The notes: a model not told the origin generated them from the sequence alone. Shown: positions 38,001 to 52,584, counted from the first letter of the stretch. The stretch: 64,000 nt of DNA from Sminthopsis crassicaudata (GCF_048593235.1 NC_133619.1:176528454-176592453); one strand, 5' to 3'. Translations and numbers: made by a program.

Positions 38001-38859
38001 TAAGCTAGGGATCCGTGGAACTTTTTCAAGTTTGCTCCCTTGGCTGAACTGTGATGCAGTAATATTTACTTTTGGCAAAAACAGCAACCCTAAGCCTTGG
38101 ACTTACAGAACTTTTTTCCAAGTCAAGCAAAACATTTCCAAAATTTGTTTCATTTGGTGGCACTATTATACTCTTTTGGTAAAAATAGCTCCCCTAAATC
38201 TGGGATCAGTATAGTTTTTCTAGGGTTACCACCTCTGAGAGTAAATGCCAATTCAGGGAAAGGGAAAGGTAGAAGATTTCTCTCCAGTCAGCTCTTTTAA
38301 GTAGCAAAGCTTTACCTTTAAACAACTTTTCTATGTAGCATGTGACAGTGAAGATTATGACCCACTTCTGAGAACTCTTCTCACCTTTATTTAGAATAAT
38401 AATCGTGACCAAAATCTACTGCTCCAAAGAAGGATATCTTGTGAAGTAACTCACTTCTGTCTGCTTCTGTCTTAGAGTGAGAAACCAAACCTACATTTTT
38501 GTCATCTGAGTCACAAATAGCCAATATAGAATTGTTCATTGTTCATCGTTCAATCTAACTCTCCACTTTTTATCAGCAGAGGTAGAGATCTAAACTTCCT
38601 AGATAACCAATTTTCATTAGCAACTCTTCTTGGTTTGGACTCCATAGAACATTTTGCTCTTGTACTGGTGTACACTTTTCATCTTCCTTTTGTCTCTCAT
38701 TTTTCTCTATTAGATTGTAAACTCCTTGAGGGCAGGAGTTTTTTATTTGTATCCTTGACACTTAGCACAGTGCCTGATAAAATAGGTGCTTATTTATGTT
38801 TTATTTATTTATTAAATATTTATAGTAGTGCTTTTTGAGGTGGCTAGGAATTAAGAATT

Positions 38860-39370
38860 GAGGAGGCCCATCATTTGAGGAATGACTGAATTATTTGTGG
38901 TATATAATTGTAATGGAATATTATTGTGAAAGAAATGAGCAGAATGATTTCAGAAAAATCTAGATTTATATGAACTGATACAGAGTGAAGTAAGCAAAAC
39001 CAGAGAGCACTGTACACAGTTGTTAACAGCAGTATTGTATGAACTGTGGTGATTAACTCAGCAATACGATGATCCATGACAGTCTCAAAGATCTCATGAT
39101 GAAAAATGCTGTCTCCACAGAAAGAACTGTATTTGAATACAGACTGAAGCATTCTATTTTTTCATTTTTATTTTTTATGATTCAAGTTTTTTTTCCAATA
39201 AAATGACTAACAGGGAAATATGTTTTACATAATTGTATATGTATAATCTATATCAGATTGCTTACAGTTTTGGGGAAGGGAAGAAGAGAAAGGAAAGTTT
39301 GGAATTCAAAACTTAGAAATCAGCATTAAAATATTTTTTACATGTAATTGGAGAAAAATAAAATATTAAA
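38860..39370 (+). mobile_element. L1 ORF2 end and 3' UTR
   Basis: GAAATGAGCAGAATGATTTCAGAAAA...GAACTGATACAGAGTGAAGTAAGCAAAACC, then AATAAAATA tail. Confidence 0.8.
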
Positions 39371-40694
39371 AATATTTATTTGTCTCGTATGGTTCCAAAG
39401 TTGTCAAATAGTTAATAAAATATTAAAAATGTTTATTTGTCTTGTCTTGATAATCCAAGGTATCAAATTTCTCAGCTTTCAAGTTTAAAGTATTGATGAT
39501 ATAAGCCATATGTAAAATATATGCTGTGAAACAGAACATTTTAGCATTTCCTTGACATACTCCTGTGAATTAATGTACCACTAGAAAGAGAATATCTGGC
39601 ATCTGAAAGGTATATAATAGGGAAGAAGAAAAGATAGGCAGATCCTGTGACAAGAAGCTCCATGTTGTAGCGAGGATTAGGTTTCAGAGTGGGATAAACT
39701 CTGATAATTCTAGCTTATTCAGTGGTTAAGTGAGCAGAGGATACAATAGTGCTGCGAAAAGGATTTCACTTATTTATAGATAATGGGAAGCAAAGTAGTG
39801 CCTAAACTGAGTTTTTCCCTGACTTAAGCAGGAGATCTACAGTGAGTTGGTTCCCCAAACTGATGTTATACTCAGATCAGCTTATGATTCTTTGTAGCCA
39901 CAAAGGGCACTGTACATTGCATTTATATTTCTTTTAGAAGAAGGGAAAATCAAAATTTCCCTTCTTTTTTTCCTTTTACCCCAAATTGATATAAATTTTT
40001 GCGAAAGCCAAATCAGATTTTTCAACTTATCTTTCTTTGAGAGTTTAATAAAAACTGCTATTGAATCTGGAGTCATCCTTTTTGCTTTTAAAGAATTAAA
40101 AGGCTAAATTACAAGACTGCATTAGGGAAATGTGGCAACTATGACATGAAATATAAGTGTAGTTGTAGACTAAAAATGAATGGAGGTTAAAAAAGGGGAC
40201 TAAAGAATTCCTGCTCTCTAAATAGGCCCTACTAGATAATATTAGCTAGAATAACAACATATCAATGACAGTGAGAATTGGGTCTTTTAAAAGAGAGGGA
40301 AAAAAATGGTTTCTTTGCCTATACTTCAAGAAAGCATTCAACCAAAAAATGTTAAAAATTCCCATTATAATGAATTTTTGATTACTTATGTTAAAGGAAA
40401 GAGAGCAGCAATCCCTTAAAACCATTGTTAGTAATGTCATGAAATCATATAATTGAGTAAGTGTTAGAACTGGAAAGGATTTCAGATTTGATTTAGTCCA
40501 GTCCTACCCTTACCCCGAGGTTTTTTGGAAACAAATAAGTCATTTATATTTGGTAATAGTTTATATTTATTTATTATAATGTTTATAATATTTAACATTT
40601 TACCCTAATTATATCTTGCTTTTGTTAATATTAAAATTATTTTTGTATCTGGATATGTGTGGTTTGGTGGTAATGATAATGACTGAAGATTGTT

Positions 40695-40915
40695 GTTGCA
40701 TATCCTTTGTTTTCAAAGAGACCAATGATATCAGGAAGGTGATGTCATGATTTGCAAGTGAGTTAGATTTAAATGAGGGTGGGCTAAACAAAGTCACCTG
40801 CCTCACTTTCTCCTCCAGAGCCATCTGGGTCCACTGGCAAGATATAGATGAGGATAACTGGACCCTGGATGCAGTGGGAGACTTTGGCCTTTTTAAGCTA
40901 AAATCTGTAACAAGT
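40695..40915. mobile_element. MdoRep1-like repeat (name tentative)
   Basis: Best-preserved copy of the family in the window. Confidence 0.6.
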
Positions 40916-41128
40916 CTCATGAAGGATGATGGGAGTTAGAAAGAATGGAGAGAAAAGTGGCTTTTAATTAACCATTTGCTAATTTAGGTCATTAATCAGC
41001 TTGGTTTGCTATTTCTCAATTGTTGGGCTTCTACACTAAAAATAAATTTCATAAAAACAAGGAACATAAACAGTTGTCATGTCTTTTGAATTAATAAAGG
41101 TCAGCTACCATTTTTAGATTTCTTCTTT

Positions 41129-41268
41129 TTTTGGAAGGCAGTTAGAGTTGATTTGTCCAGATTCAGAGAGCTAGTGGGTGTTAAGTGTCTGAGGACAGAT
41201 TTAAACTCAGGTCTTCCTGACTCCAGAGTTGATGCTCCATCCACTATGCTATCTAACTTAACTACCCT
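41129..41268 (-). mobile_element. WSINE1-like SINE with TSD
   Basis: GATTTCTTCTT flanks both sides (41118-41128 and 41271-41281). Confidence 0.75.
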
Positions 41269-41931
41269 TCGATTTCTTCTTGACTTTTTTTGACCATTAT
41301 ATTTAATTCCAATCTCATTTTAATTTGTTTATTAACTTAGGACTGAACTATGACCAAAGAAATGTGATTTAATGTCCAAAAAGTCACCATTATTTGAGGC
41401 AGCTGGGTGATGCAGTAGAAGGAGCCTTGGGTCTGTAGTCAGGTAGGTCTGATTTCAAATTCACCTTCAAACATTAGCTGTGTGACCTGATCAAGTTCAG
41501 TTTCTTCAATTGTAAAATGAGGATAATAGCACCTATCTCCCAAGGTGATTGTGAGTATCAAATAAGATAATTGCAAAGTTTTTAGCACAGTACCTGGAAC
41601 AAAGGAAGTGCATTATGTTATTAGTAATTATTTTATTAGTAGCAGTAGTAGTAGGGCTAATGCATTTTTGTAGCATTCAACAAAAATATATCCTGTGCAA
41701 TTTCTCTAACCTACAAATATTTTGGGGGGACCTTCTTAATAATAGTACACAGTAATGTACTCCATTAGATGGGGCATATCATTAAGAGCTAGCATGTTTA
41801 TAAGTTAAATGGAATAACATACTCAAGACTCCAGAAGTAGATATGATCTCCAAAGTCTTTATAATATTCTATAATGTCTACTGTGTTTATATGGAAATTT
41901 GGCGCTCTCTATAAGGATCAGTGCTCTTTCT

Positions 41932-41938
<7 letters not shown>

Positions 41939-41996
<58 letters not shown>
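41939..41996. repeat. (TA)29 microsatellite
   Basis: Perfect TA run counted directly. Confidence 0.97.
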
Positions 41997-41999
<3 letters not shown>

Positions 42000-42309
42000 G
42001 TTTATGTTATCTCTTCTATTAGAACGAGAGCTCTATGAGGATAAGGTCTTTTTTGTGTATCTTAGAATAATTCCCCAATGGCTTTATGTTAAGACATAAA
42101 TATAGATATATATAGATGTTTCTGCATCTATAAAAACGAATATTTGCTCTATTTACTTCATGATATTATTGGGAATGAATTGAAATAATACAAATGAAAA
42201 ATATTTGTTGATATATATATATATGCATATATATTAAGGTATGATTATGATTTGTAATCTAAACATCAAATATGTCATGATAACCATTTTTCTTTTTTTA
42301 TCCATCTAT

Positions 42310-42905
42310 TAATAATTTTAAAATAGTATTTTCCAAATACATGCAAAGATAGTTTTCAATATTCATCTTTGCATAACCTTGGTTTCAAATATTTTTTCCT
42401 CTCTTCTCCTCTCCCCCTTTCCCTAGATAGCAAGCAATCCAATATAGGTTAAACATGGGTAATTCTTCTGAACATATTTCCATATTCATCATGCTATGTA
42501 AGAAAAATAAGATCAAAATGGTAAAAACAGAAGGGAAAAAAGCAAACAAACAACAAAAAGGTGAAAATACTCCACTTTGATCCAGAGTTTCCCCAATTCT
42601 CTCTCTGGATGCAGATGGCTCTTTTCGTCACAAGTCTATTGGAGTTCTCTTGAGTCACATCATTGTTGAAGAGTCAGTCCATCATGTTCTCTTGGTTCTG
42701 CTCACTTCACTTAGCATCAATTCATGTAAGTATTTTTCAGGCCTTTCTGAAAAAAAGCCTGCTCATCATTTCTTATAGAATAATATTCCATTATATTCAT
42801 ATACCCTAACTTATTTGGCCATTTTACAACTGATGAACATCCACTCAGTTTCCAATTCTTTAGCCACTACATTTGTGCACATATGGGTCTGTGGATCCTT
42901 TCCCC
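42310..42905 (-). mobile_element. L1 3' end
   Basis: TTTTCCAAATACATGCAAAGATAGTTTTCAA... homologous to the 60272 copy. Confidence 0.82.
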
Positions 42906-45900
42906 TCTTTTATGATCATCATTCTTTCAAGATCAAGGAAAATGTGGTGGTCTAAGTTAAAAAACAAAAACAAAAAACCAGACACACACATGTTGCAGAC
43001 TGTCAAGATTTCTTTCAGTGATGACACAAATTAAATCATGGTCGTTATTCACAACACCCTAGGGAGATACATAAATATCCCAAGAAGGAAGAAATGTAAA
43101 TAGTCTATACCATTTGTCTAAACAAGAATTATGCTTGCAATTCAGGACTAAACTTTATTTGCTCACTCCTACAATAACAAGAAAGGAAGGAAAGAAAAAA
43201 TAGAAAAGGGAGTGAAAAAGAAAGGGAAAGGGGAAGTAAAGTTGGGAGAGAAAAAGTGAAAGTAAAGATCAAGAAAAGGGAAACAACAAGGAAAGAAGAA
43301 AGAGGGGGAAGAAAAGAGGAAGGATGGGAGAAATGAAGAAAGAAGGGAGGAAGGAATAAAGAAAAGAGAGAAAGGAAGAAGGAAAAATAAAGGAAGTAAA
43401 AAACATCAATAGAGTATTTATAGAAAAGTTTTAAAGAAGTTCATAAAACACAAATGGCAATTTTATTACTGCATTACATTTAATATATACTTAAATTATA
43501 CTTAAGAGAAGTCCAATTTCATATGTGATCCATTGAAATGTTTTTGTTTGTTAATTATGAACTTAATTATGAAAAAAAGAACAATGGGTAATTCTTTGAA
43601 GGTACTAACTTTAATTTACAAGATTTTTCGGGCCAGAAAGTTTTCTCTCCTGGTTTGTTTTATAAATATGTACAGTATACAAATATTTTGGCTAGCTTTG
43701 TGATACTGTTACAGCAGCTCCACCTTACTAATCCCTGTGGAGAAAGATCAACTGAAAGATATTAGCTGTGTGGAATTAAGTTCCATTTCCTTGGTGTGAA
43801 TTAAAAATTGATGCTGCAGCTGATTTTCAGTTGCTGATTTGTACTGGCATAGCCTTGGACAAGTTTAGAGCACTGAACATAATTTGGAAATGCTGTTATC
43901 ATCAGCATTTGTGTTTGGACCTAAAAAGTTCTTTAAATTATGTATATATTTTTAAAAGTTATTTTCTTATCCAACAATTAGCACATTCTCTTTGCATCTC
44001 TTAATAGTGAGCTTCCCCCCCTTAAATTCCAATTTCTCTGTTGTTTTTGACGGCAAATTCATAATAACAAAAAAGATGTCATCTTTATCCTAATCCAAGA
44101 TTTGAATAAAAGTAGCCCCCAAACAACATCCTGCCTTCCACATAGGAACACTAAAAACATGTTTAGATCAAGAACATTAGGATTTTAAGATTTGTTTTGT
44201 TTAAAATCCTATATTTATATATGTTTTCAAGGCTGAGCAGAGGTAGCAAAAAAATTAGGAATTCAGGGCACCTCTTTTTTCCTTATGAGATTCATAAACT
44301 TAAAAAATTTAAATAGATGAAAAGAACTCTTCAGCAACTCAGTTAGAAGGAAGAAGGAAAAAAAGTCAAAAGTAGCTAGGATTATTGCTAAAGCTACAGT
44401 CATAATATTTTTAAATAATTTCCTCTAATGTTAGTTTGCAAACTTTTACTTCACTTTCTTTTATATTCTTTGCTGTAGTACTCTGTCATAGCAGCAAAAT
44501 AGGCATTTTTTTGAAAGAAGAAGAGAGGAAAAAGGATTAATTTGATCTTCATCAGTTTGAAGTTAGTGCTAAAATGGGCCCTTAAAACATAAACCATACA
44601 CTTATTTCTAATCTCAGTCTTGGGAAAATTTTAGAGTCTTGGAACATGCGACAGTCAGAGAAGCAACCAAATGAAATGTTTGGCAAGCACTGTTGCATGA
44701 CTTCTTAGTCAATTGTGTTTGAATAAACATTTTGAATCAATATTGGAAAACCTCTTTTTCCAAACTTAGTAGGTGATACCTGTTTTGTAGGCTACACCTT
44801 CCTCAATATTAAAGTGCTGAAAGCATCTCTAATCTATTTTGGCTCCAGTGTTATTTAGACTTGCTTGTTAGAATAATTGAAGCTTTAGGCTTGATGGAAT
44901 TGGTCATGTCTTGGTCAGATGTTTACACACTGAGAGTACACATACACATACGTATGTATATATAAAATTTGAGGGAAGGAAACTTGGTGGAACTTTGTTT
45001 TTGTAACCCTTGAATATGCACATTAATCTATCAGAATATCAAAGTCTCATTTATAATTTCTAGGGGGGGAAAACAAATCAAGAAGCAGCCTCCAAATTTT
45101 TATGGGTCAATAGAAAACTTCCTTTCTAGTCAAAACTTTGAATCTTATACTACTTCCAGTGAGTATTACTGTAGAATAAGACTAATTGCACAACTGCCTT
45201 TAAGCATCACTAGTATAAAAAAATGGAACCTATTGTTCTTTTTCAGTAAAATATTAATAGTAAGATTGACTGGTTGAAAGTAATGAGGAAAAAAATTCTA
45301 AAAGCCTTTGTAAAGATTTTATTTCCACTATATATATTCATTAACAAAATCAGCTCATGTTAATTTCATTTCTAATGAAGGGGATAGAAAAAGCCTAAGC
45401 CATTTAAAAATAAATGCATTCTCCATCTAAAACCACATTTTATTGACCTACCACAAGTATGTTATGTTCTCAAAGATCTAACCTTGTTCCATTGAGACGT
45501 ATTTCATCCCCTGTTTATATTTTAAAGCTGAACTCAGTGAAACTTCCTTCTTGAAGCCTTCCCTGATCTCTTTCTTCATTGACTTTTTCATCCTCAAATT
45601 GACATATTACTTTGCACCCCTTTATCCTTTTTTAATGTAATTTTAAGGTATTATAGATATTTGCTTTATTCCCATTTAAAACCATAAGATTCATGGTAGG
45701 AATAATATCCTATTTTAAGTTCACATCTCTCCCAAAACCTAAAGAGTGCTCTTTACAGAGGAACTACTTCATGTTTGTTAAATTAAATTGAATTCACTCA
45801 CTCCATCCCTGTTTATTCAGAAATGCTGAAAGCATTGGTCAGAAAAATCGATAATTATTTTTCTTGGTAAAAGAGTAGGTAGCTTGAGGGGAAGTGCTTA

Positions 45901-46299
45901 TATGGCACTTACTACGTGCTGGGCACTGAATTAAGTGCTTTACAATTATTATCTTATTTGATCTTCATAACCACCTTGGGAGATAGGTGATATCCTCATT
46001 TTACAGATGAAGAAACAGGATGAAGTGAAGTGACTTGTTCAGAATCAGAGGATTTGAACTCAGATCTTTGTGATTCTAGGCCTAGCACTTCACTACCAAA
46101 ACCAAAACAAAACACAAAGCAAAACCATAAAGAAGTAACTAGCCTCATTAGCAGTCTTTCCTAGAAAACAGCAAGTGCTGAACTCAGGAACAGGTTTTTA
46201 ATATTGATAATTTGGATGGAAATTATGTACCATGGAATCATAGTGATTCCATACACAAAAGCATATTTAAACCACACTAACTTTAATGTATTAAGTATT

Positions 46300-47750
46300 T
46301 CTCTGAGACTTAAAACAGGATACCAGAAACACCTTTACTATCAGAAACTAACCTTTCCCTAACACCCTCCAATAATTGTAAATAAGAATATGGACCAGAA
46401 TGTCATTATTAGGGGAGCCCATGGTCTGTGGCAGGCATGCCACCAGGAGGAAGATAGGTAGTAGGGGAGGCTGGGGCTGTCCAGTATAAATCTCCTGGAA
46501 TGCTACTTGGTTAATTTAGGGTATGTTAACTGGTCACTCCATTTGTTTTCTGAGGGGTATAGATTGCTTCATTTCCTTCACCAATATTCATTCCTTAGAC
46601 CAGGATTTTTCTTTTCTTTTCCTGCCTATCAAGGAACAAAGGGACAGAATCATATAAATTCCTTGAGGGTAGAGGAATGCCATATTATTCTTCATTATTA
46701 TATCCCTAGTATCTAGTTCAGTGCCTCAAATATAATGTGCACTTTATAATAAATTTAATTGATCCAGAGTGTTCTGCCTTATAATTATTTCTGAGGCCCC
46801 ATTAAGTACAAAATTCCTCTAAAGAACAATCTTATAAATTCTTTCCTACCCCTGAAGGCAGCAATGTTTTTGGGATTTTTCCTTTTTTAAACAAAAAAAA
46901 AAGAGAGAGAGAAAAGGCATATTCTCTCCAATGCTGACCTACTTTCTACTTATTTTTTAACCCCTCTCACTGACTTTTTATAGAAAGATACAGATTTATC
47001 ATACAATGATAATGAATAATAAAGAATATATGGGATCTAACTAAAATGCATTGTTTTTGAGATTTAAACTTGGGATACTAGAAATACCTGTAGTATCAGA
47101 AACTAACCTTTCTCTAATATCCTCCAATAGTTGTAAATAAGAATATGGACCAGAATGTCATTAGTAGGGGAGCCCATGCCAACAGGAGGAGGATAGGTGG
47201 TAAGGGAAGCTGGGCTGTCCAGTGTAAATCTCCAGGGATGCTACTTGGTTAATTTAGGGTATGTTAACTGGTCACTCCATTTGTTTTCTGAGGAGTATAG
47301 ATTGCTTCATTTCCTTCACCAATACTCATTCCTTAGACCAGGACTTCTTTTCTTTTCCTGCCTATCAAGGAACAAAGGGCCTTGAGGGTAGAGGGATGCC
47401 ATGTTTTTCTTCATTATTATATTCCCAGCATCTAGTTCCTGCCTCGAATATAATGTGCACTTAATAAATTAAATTGATCCAGAGTGTTCTGCCTTACAAT
47501 TATTTCTGAGGCCCCATTAAGTACAAAATTTCTATAAAGTCACAGCAGAACAATCTTATAAATCTCCCCTGATCCTAAAAGCAGCAATGTCTTGGGGATT
47601 TTTCCCTTTTTTAGCATAAGGGTTATAGTTAAAAGAGAGAACAATGCTGACCTACTTTCTATTTTTTTTTTTTTTTTTTTACTCCTCTCACTTTACATAA
47701 AGTGACTTTATTTAAAGATACAGATTTATCATTCAATAATAATGGGAAAT
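46300..47750 (+). repeat. Tandem duplication of a ~750-bp unit (46300-47055; 47056-47750)
   Basis: Colinear shared blocks such as TGTAAATAAGAATATGGACCAGAATGTCATTA and TACTTGGTTAATTTAGGGTATGTTAACTGGTCACTCC, with substitutions and indels. Confidence 0.93.
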
Positions 47751-48367
47751 GTTTGGGCATATAAATCTGAAAAATGGAGCGCCTATTTGCACCGTTTACC
47801 ACACAGCATTGTGGAGGTTAAAGTTATATAAATGTTATATAATAAATTAGCTAATCTCTATTCATTTACATACCCCTTTTTAGGTTTATAAAACCTAAAA
47901 GTACATTATCTCAGTTGGATTTTCAATAATTCCATTGTTATTATCCTTACTCTGTTGATAGATCAAAGAAATTGTGCCTATGTGTGTCTGAGATGGCATT
48001 GTTTCTTAATTCCAAGTTGATCCAAGTTGAATACCATTCACTAAGATATTCAGCCTCTTTGGAATTATTATAATTAGATATAATATGCAAACTTGAAAGT
48101 TTGCAATTAATAAAAGTAGATGTAAATATGTATACAATACCTAATAGAAAACATGCAATTATATAGTAGCTAACATTTATGTAATACTTTTCAAAGTGCT
48201 TTATACATTTAATTAATTCATTTGATTATTATTATTCCCATTTTACAGACGAATAAACTAGGCCACAGAGTAAATTATTTGCCTAAAGTCACAGTTTGAG
48301 ACAGATCTGACCATGGTTCTTTTTAATTCGAAGTTTTGTGCTCGATTATCCACAATGCCATCTAGCT

Positions 48368-48556
48368 TAGTGGTCCTCAAACTTTTGTTCTCAGTAACTT
48401 TATACTATTAGAAATTATTAAGGAGATCTAAGAGTTTTTGTTTGTGTTTTTGTTTATATAGGTATAATTAGAATAAAAATTATTTTGAATATGTAGACCC
48501 TCTGAAAGAGTTTTGAAGATCCTCAAGTTTCTTAGGACCACACTCTGAGAACCCTG
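48368..48556. mobile_element. hAT-Charlie family MITE
   Basis: Ends TAGTGGTCCTCAAAC ... GGACCACACTCTGAGAACCCTG resemble the CAGTGGTTCTCAA Charlie-type TIR. Confidence 0.65.
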
Positions 48557-48865
48557 ATCTAGTTTATTATTAATATAGGAAAGTCTACTTATGAAGTTAA
48601 TGGAATCTGTCTGGGTCAGCTCCTTTGAGGCCATTCATTTGTAAGGAAGCTATATAAAAAGCAGAATCTTGAATGAAGGACTGTCTGTAAAATGCAATGA
48701 AGACCTCTAAGATTTAACATAACTTTATTTGTTGCTTATATTTTAAAAAATGAAAATCAGGGGGAAAAAAGGCTTCAAGAAGCCTTTTGAGAGGCATCCT
48801 ATTTTCAGATGTCTCATTTACTAATTAAAAAATCTTCAAAATAGCTATTTTTATTTCTTAATTTT

Positions 48866-49001
48866 TTGCTGAGGCAATTGGTGTTAAGTGACTTGCTCAG
48901 GGTCACACAGCTAGGAAGTGTTAAAGTGTATGAGACCAGATTTGAACTCAGGTCCTCCTGACTTCAGGGCTGGTGCTCTATTCACTACACCAATTAGCTG
49001 C
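48866..49001 (-). mobile_element. WSINE1-like SINE
   Basis: Near full-length match to the 21270 copy. Confidence 0.85.
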
Positions 49002-49399
49002 TGGTTATACTTTTAAAAGGGAATTTTAAAGTAACACTAATTACAACTTCACATAGTCTTATTATAGGGTAGTTTTGGCTATATAGTTTGGTCACAATTA
49101 TATCAAAGTCTGCTTATAGTGATAACTTTTGAATTGATCTTTCAATATTTTGAGTAGAAATATACATAGGATATAGGGACAAGATATCCTACCTAATGCT
49201 ATCAAAGGAACAATCATTGGTTTTTTTCCCAATAGTGTAATATTGGAATTCTAAGACACCTAAAATTCTTGCTTTTATTGAGTAAGGACAGTAGTGACTT
49301 GTAATCCACGAATTGATTCAAATCATCTTCCCAAGAGATAATTTTAATTAAAAAATTAACTATAAAGACTCAAAGAATATTCCCCCCTTTAATTAAAGT

Positions 49400-50969
49400 A
49401 ACTATTTTAGATCATGCAAAAGTATTTTTATTACATTGATGAATAGACTCAATATTTCAATACAAGTATGTATACAATTCACAAATCAAAGGGTCATTGA
49501 GAAATTAAAATGTCTTTAAATACTATCAAAGTTTTATATCATATGATATTGGCATACTTATTTATATTCACAGTTTTCAAAGTAAGAAAAATGTTTAATT
49601 GAACTTCTGTTCTAAGACAAATGGATACAATAAGACACATTCACTAGTTTTGGTCTGTTCTTCTAAAAGATATAACAAAATTCACTTAGGAAAAGAAATT
49701 TTTTAAAAGAACAAACTCAACAAGTCAGCAGCATTTTTTCACTTAAACTTGTTTGAAAGTTAATATTATAGTAAACAAAGTGCTAAGTCAGTTCTCCAGC
49801 TGAGATTTTTAAAGTTAAAAGTACAAATCAATAGCCTTAAACAACTTCATCAAACTGGTTGTATGGTGACATCACTAACCAGCTTGTTTTCAAATTTTAA
49901 TTTTTAATAATACAACATTGATTTTATTAGCCAATTGTACACACTTACAAAAACAAGGAAGAAAGCAACCTTTCTCTGTATCATTTCCATTATTCACAGA
50001 GATTGTGGATTAGACAGCCTCCAAAATAAGTGGCCCCTAAGGAACCAATGCTTTTTTCATTCCTTCTTACAGGAAAGCCTTTGGGGTTATACATTCTTCA
50101 TGAATATAGGAAATTCCCTAGTGTTGTTTCATTGAAATACAAGCCGAATTCTATGGCTCTGAGCATCCACATTCTTACTGACCAGGGATGGGGTAAGTTG
50201 GGGTAGAGTGGAATAGAAAAGAGAAACAGAGAACAAGTTTATAATAATTCAGCTAAACTTTCAACAAAATGAAGGTTTACAAACAGCTTAACAGAAAGAA
50301 AAAGGTTATCATGCAAAAAAAGCTTTTGTTCTGATTCAGTGTTCTATCATCTAATAGTATTCTTATTGTTGTAGCCATCAAAAAGACTGAAAGAAAATCA
50401 TGTCTATATTCTGAATACATTTTAAAACATTTGCGTGGAATTCGGTAACCTAGCCTCATAATTTATTTGTAGTTACTTTTATTCAGGCCTTTAAGTTGAT
50501 GAACATTTTTCCAGTTGTAAATTCTAATTATACATTTCTCTTCATGTCTTTAAGTTTAACTCCTAGCAGTTTTACAGCCAATTAATTTATAGCAACAACT
50601 CTTCTTGCAAATCATTAGCAAAATATAATTTATATTAAGTGCCCTAAATTCCAGTTCTATTACCAAAACTTGGGCTCAGAACCGATAGTATTCCTTAGCA
50701 AGAATAGGATCTAGAGGCACTAAAGAATGAGAAAATAGTACCCCTTTTCTCCATCCCCACTGGCAGCAAAAAGATCACAAAAAAGATGGTCTTGGTCTTG
50801 GCAGCTTCCATTTTCTAAATTTGGTCTGCTCTTCAAGATGCTGTTGATGTATTTTTTGCCTACATAAATCCTATTTGTGTACACACACACAGAAATTCAC
50901 AAAAGAAACAAATTTGTCACAAATACTCTATTTGGTTACAAGCTCAAAAAACATTTTCTTATCACCATG
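49400..50969 (-). other. GCC2: Probable GCC2 3' UTR
   Basis: Repeat-free AT-rich sequence after the stop codon with several minus-strand AATAAA hexamers; the true end is inferred. Confidence 0.6.
49427..49432 (-). terminator. GCC2: Candidate GCC2 polyadenylation signal
   Basis: AATAAA on the minus strand with overlapping and upstream TGTA motifs and a T-rich downstream stretch. Alternative hexamers at 49274-49279 and 49923-49928. Confidence 0.45.
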
Positions 50970-51040
50970 CTATCGAAGGCCTGACCAACTATGTAAATAA
51001 GATGCCCATCCAGAGGATCGAGAGGTACTTTCTTCTTCAC
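50970..51040 (-). CDS. GCC2: GCC2 terminal coding exon, GEEESTSRSSGWASYLHSWSGLR-stop
   Basis: Acceptor tctctctctctccaag. 71 nt ending in TAG at 50972-50970. C-terminus matches recalled GCC2 ...SSGWASYLHSWSGLR. Confidence 0.97.
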
Positions 51041-51499
51041 CTTGGAGAGAGAGAGATAAAGAGAAAGAGTGAGAAAGAAAATCAATTTAAATTCTTTAGT
51101 AGCAGATAAGCAATATGAAATAAAGACTAAGCAACCAAAATTTTACTATGACTGGTTATTTCCAAAGGATTTCTGTAATTTATATTCTACATTAGTTATT
51201 ATTTATATTATTATAAATTATTAGTTATATTCTACCATTAGTTATGAACTATAATTATTATTTTTCGGTATAACACCATACTTATTTCTTATAGGAGAAT
51301 AGCAGTAGTTAACTTCCATAGGGTTGTGGAGTCAAAATAAACATGAAAATTTAAAAAGCATAGCCAAAAAAAAATATAGCTGTAGAAAATTAAGGATTGA
51401 TCTTTCTTTAAATATACATTCCAACAGTCCATGACTATAAGAACTACTATTCAAAAAAGCATTTTTCTCACAGTATATATTTGTTTCCCCATGATCAAT

Positions 51500-52080
51500 A
51501 ATTTACTGGCTTTGCTCTTTTAAAATACTCCATCACATCCCCCCCAAAAAAAAGCATGAAGTGTTTAATATATTCATATATCTTAATCTTAAGGCAAGCA
51601 ATCAAATAAAGAATACATGTGTGTAATTATGTAAAATATTTTCATATTAGTAATTTTGTACAAGATTCCCTGAATATAAGAAAAAAAAAAGAACCAGTTA
51701 AAAATGGTTTGTTTTTACCATGGTATCAAACTCATTTCTTTCTCTAGAAATGGATAATATGCATTTTTCATTGAACAATACTGTTGCTACTGTGGACAAT
51801 GTTCTCCTGATTCTGATTTGTTCACTTTGCTAGGCATCAGTTCATGTAAGTCTTTCCAAGTGCTTTTGAAATCATCCTGCTTGTTATTTCTTATAGTACA
51901 ATATTATTCCTTTTATAGCAGCTATTTTTGTGGTGAGCATCCCTTTGATTTCCAATGTTTAGCCACCACAAAAAGAGCTACTATAAATTTTTATACAAGT
52001 TTTTTCCCCCTCTTTTGGGGTGTCTTTTAGGATATAAACCTTGCAGTGATATTGCTGGATCAAAAGATATACCCATATAG
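51500..52080 (-). mobile_element. Degraded L1 3' end in GCC2 last intron
   Basis: GCATCAGTTCATGTAAGTCTTTCC...GCCACCACAAAAAGAGCT motifs. Confidence 0.72.
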
Positions 52081-52584
52081 TTTCACATTTTTCTGTAAAG
52101 AGATTTTTAAAAAATATTTCAAAGTTTCAACATTTGCATTAATTATCCTTTAGGAACAAATTTTTAGAAAGGATAACTCTACCCTTTAACTGGAAAACAA
52201 AACTCTTCAGCTAGTCTGCACTGGGGAGTAGTAACATTCATGTTCATGAATGAAACTGCTAGAAATTGTCTTCCTAATTTTTATGGGTATATGCTTTTGA
52301 GTGTATGCTTTTTTTCTCCCCCCAAAGTGTAGATTTTTCAATAAAACTGTATGTATTTTGGTAGAATTTAGGGTTAGGATCACCAAAACTTAATGCTGAA
52401 AGATCATTATGAAAATATACATTTGAACAAAATGTTTCTTTCATACCTACAAGAGACTAAAAAAATTAAAGATCATTAGCTTGAGTTTAAACTTTGAATA
52501 AATTTATGAAGATATGCAATATAGGCATGAACAACAGACAAATCACTTTAAATCTGACATTTGGGAACAATTAATCTCACCCAC

